Below, piece by piece: positions 43,334-43,879 of a stretch of 43,879 nt of DNA; the first letter of the stretch is position 1; the number at the start of each line of letters is the position of its first letter. Origin of the DNA: Bacillota bacterium (GTDB taxonomy: Bacteria > Bacillota_I > Bacilli_A > RF39 > UBA660); NCBI GenBank assembly GCA_022771715.1, contig JALELF010000081.1, forward strand, positions 1 to 43,879, written 5' to 3'. The notes under the pieces are model-generated. The model searched no databases. It was given only the letters and a program-made list of their open reading frames with translations, and had not been told where the DNA came from. The translations under genes were made by a program, and so were the position numbers.

Positions 43334-43879
43334 ATGAAAAATAAGGGATTCACATTGATAGAATTATTAGGAGTAATAATAATACTAGCGTTAGTTGCTG
43401 TTATTACAACTCCAGTAATAACAGGAATAATAGAAGATTCTAAAAAAGAAACTGTTAAAAGAAGTGTTGAAAATATAATTAGTGCAGCACAAATATATAT
43501 AGCTAATGAAGAACTAGCTAACAAAAAAGTTCCCAAAGGCAAGAATATATATGAAGCTGTTTCAAAAGAGATAAGTGGAAGTAAGCCTGAATATGCTGAA
43601 ATAATAAGTGATGGAATAGGAAATATAGCTTATGCTATATTATTTAGAAATAATTGTTATAAAAAGTCTTACGATGGCGTTCAGACAATAACTGAAAAAA
43701 GTACTATTAAAGATTGCAAAATCGTATATGCAGAAACTATATTAAATGGGGCATATCCAGTATTAGATGAAAAGATGATAGCTATTACGTATACTGAAGC
43801 AGGTATACCAAAAGTAGCAGATGAATCTAGTGAATGGTATAGTTATGCAAGTAGAAAGTGGGCTAATGCAGTAGTATTA
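43334..43879 (+). CDS. Prepilin-type N-terminal cleavage/methylation domain protein, N-terminal 182 aa (3' end outside the window)
   Basis: Not in the ORF track because it has no stop in the window. ATG 43334 with SD GAAGGG, in frame to 43879 with no stop (translated by hand). MKNKG/FTLIELLGVIIILALVAVITTPVI has G-1, F+1 and E+5. TTGTTT-17-TATAAT promoter upstream. Confidence 0.8.
   Translation, partial: MKNKGFTLIELLGVIIILALVAVITTPVITGIIEDSKKETVKRSVENIISAAQIYIANEELANKKVPKGKNIYEAVSKEISGSKPEYAEIISDGIGNIAYAILFRNNCYKKSYDGVQTITEKSTIKDCKIVYAETILNGAYPVLDEKMIAITYTEAGIPKVADESSEWYSYASRKWANAVVL

Noticed and set aside
43252-43542. 96-aa minus-strand ORF
   Set aside because: It is antisense to the prepilin-leader gene starting at 43334. 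That gene has an SD, a promoter and a canonical G/FTLIE motif, and this ORF's hydrophobic translation mirrors the pilin TM helix.
1-43879. CRISPR arrays, tRNA/rRNA genes, IS elements, integrases, prophage or toxin-antitoxin modules
   Set aside because: The intergenic regions were scanned by eye. There is no repeat-spacer periodicity, no tRNA-like cloverleaf candidates, and no transposase, integrase or phage-type ORFs. The intergenic regions are short and explained by promoters, terminators, the T-box leader and rnpB.

Overview
All calls were made by eye from the sequence and the ORF track. RNA and regulatory element boundaries are approximate (about +/-5-10 nt). No homology search or folding calculation was run.

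This is a visibly AT-rich Bacillota (Firmicutes) chromosomal segment. It is almost entirely core housekeeping genes, mostly on the + strand, with Bacillus-like micro-synteny:
- recU-ponA, and gpsB followed directly by RNase P RNA
- rodZ-pgsA, and rpsT next to gpr
- ireB-ruvX-DUF1292-mltG
- rimP-nusA-ylxR-infB-rbfA
- hemW, queA-miaA, RNase J, ftsK/spoIIIE, smc
- T-box-pheS-pheT, and queH

Spore-former markers are present: gpr with a sigmaG-like promoter, a SpoIIIE/FtsK-type translocase, and an orphan sensor kinase preceded by tandem consensus Spo0A boxes.

Five things stand out against this core background:
1. A dispersed family of proteins with type IV prepilin leaders and/or large glycine-rich C-terminal domains. 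Members are at 2-835, 31593-33686 and 43334-43879. The complete one is a 697-aa 'pilin' with two Ig-like repeats and an ALK/LTK-like glycine-rich domain, inserted between ftsK and smc.
2. A roughly 1017-aa orphan protein translationally coupled to a 71-aa OB/cold-shock-like protein, sitting between miaA and RNase J.
3. A reverse-strand orphan gene between rbfA and hemW, bracketed by palindromes.
4. A promoter, 11-codon uORF and terminator in front of two tandem GNAT acetyltransferase genes.
5. A RimP reduced to its N-terminal domain.

I saw no CRISPR array, tRNA or rRNA gene, transposase, integrase or phage module.
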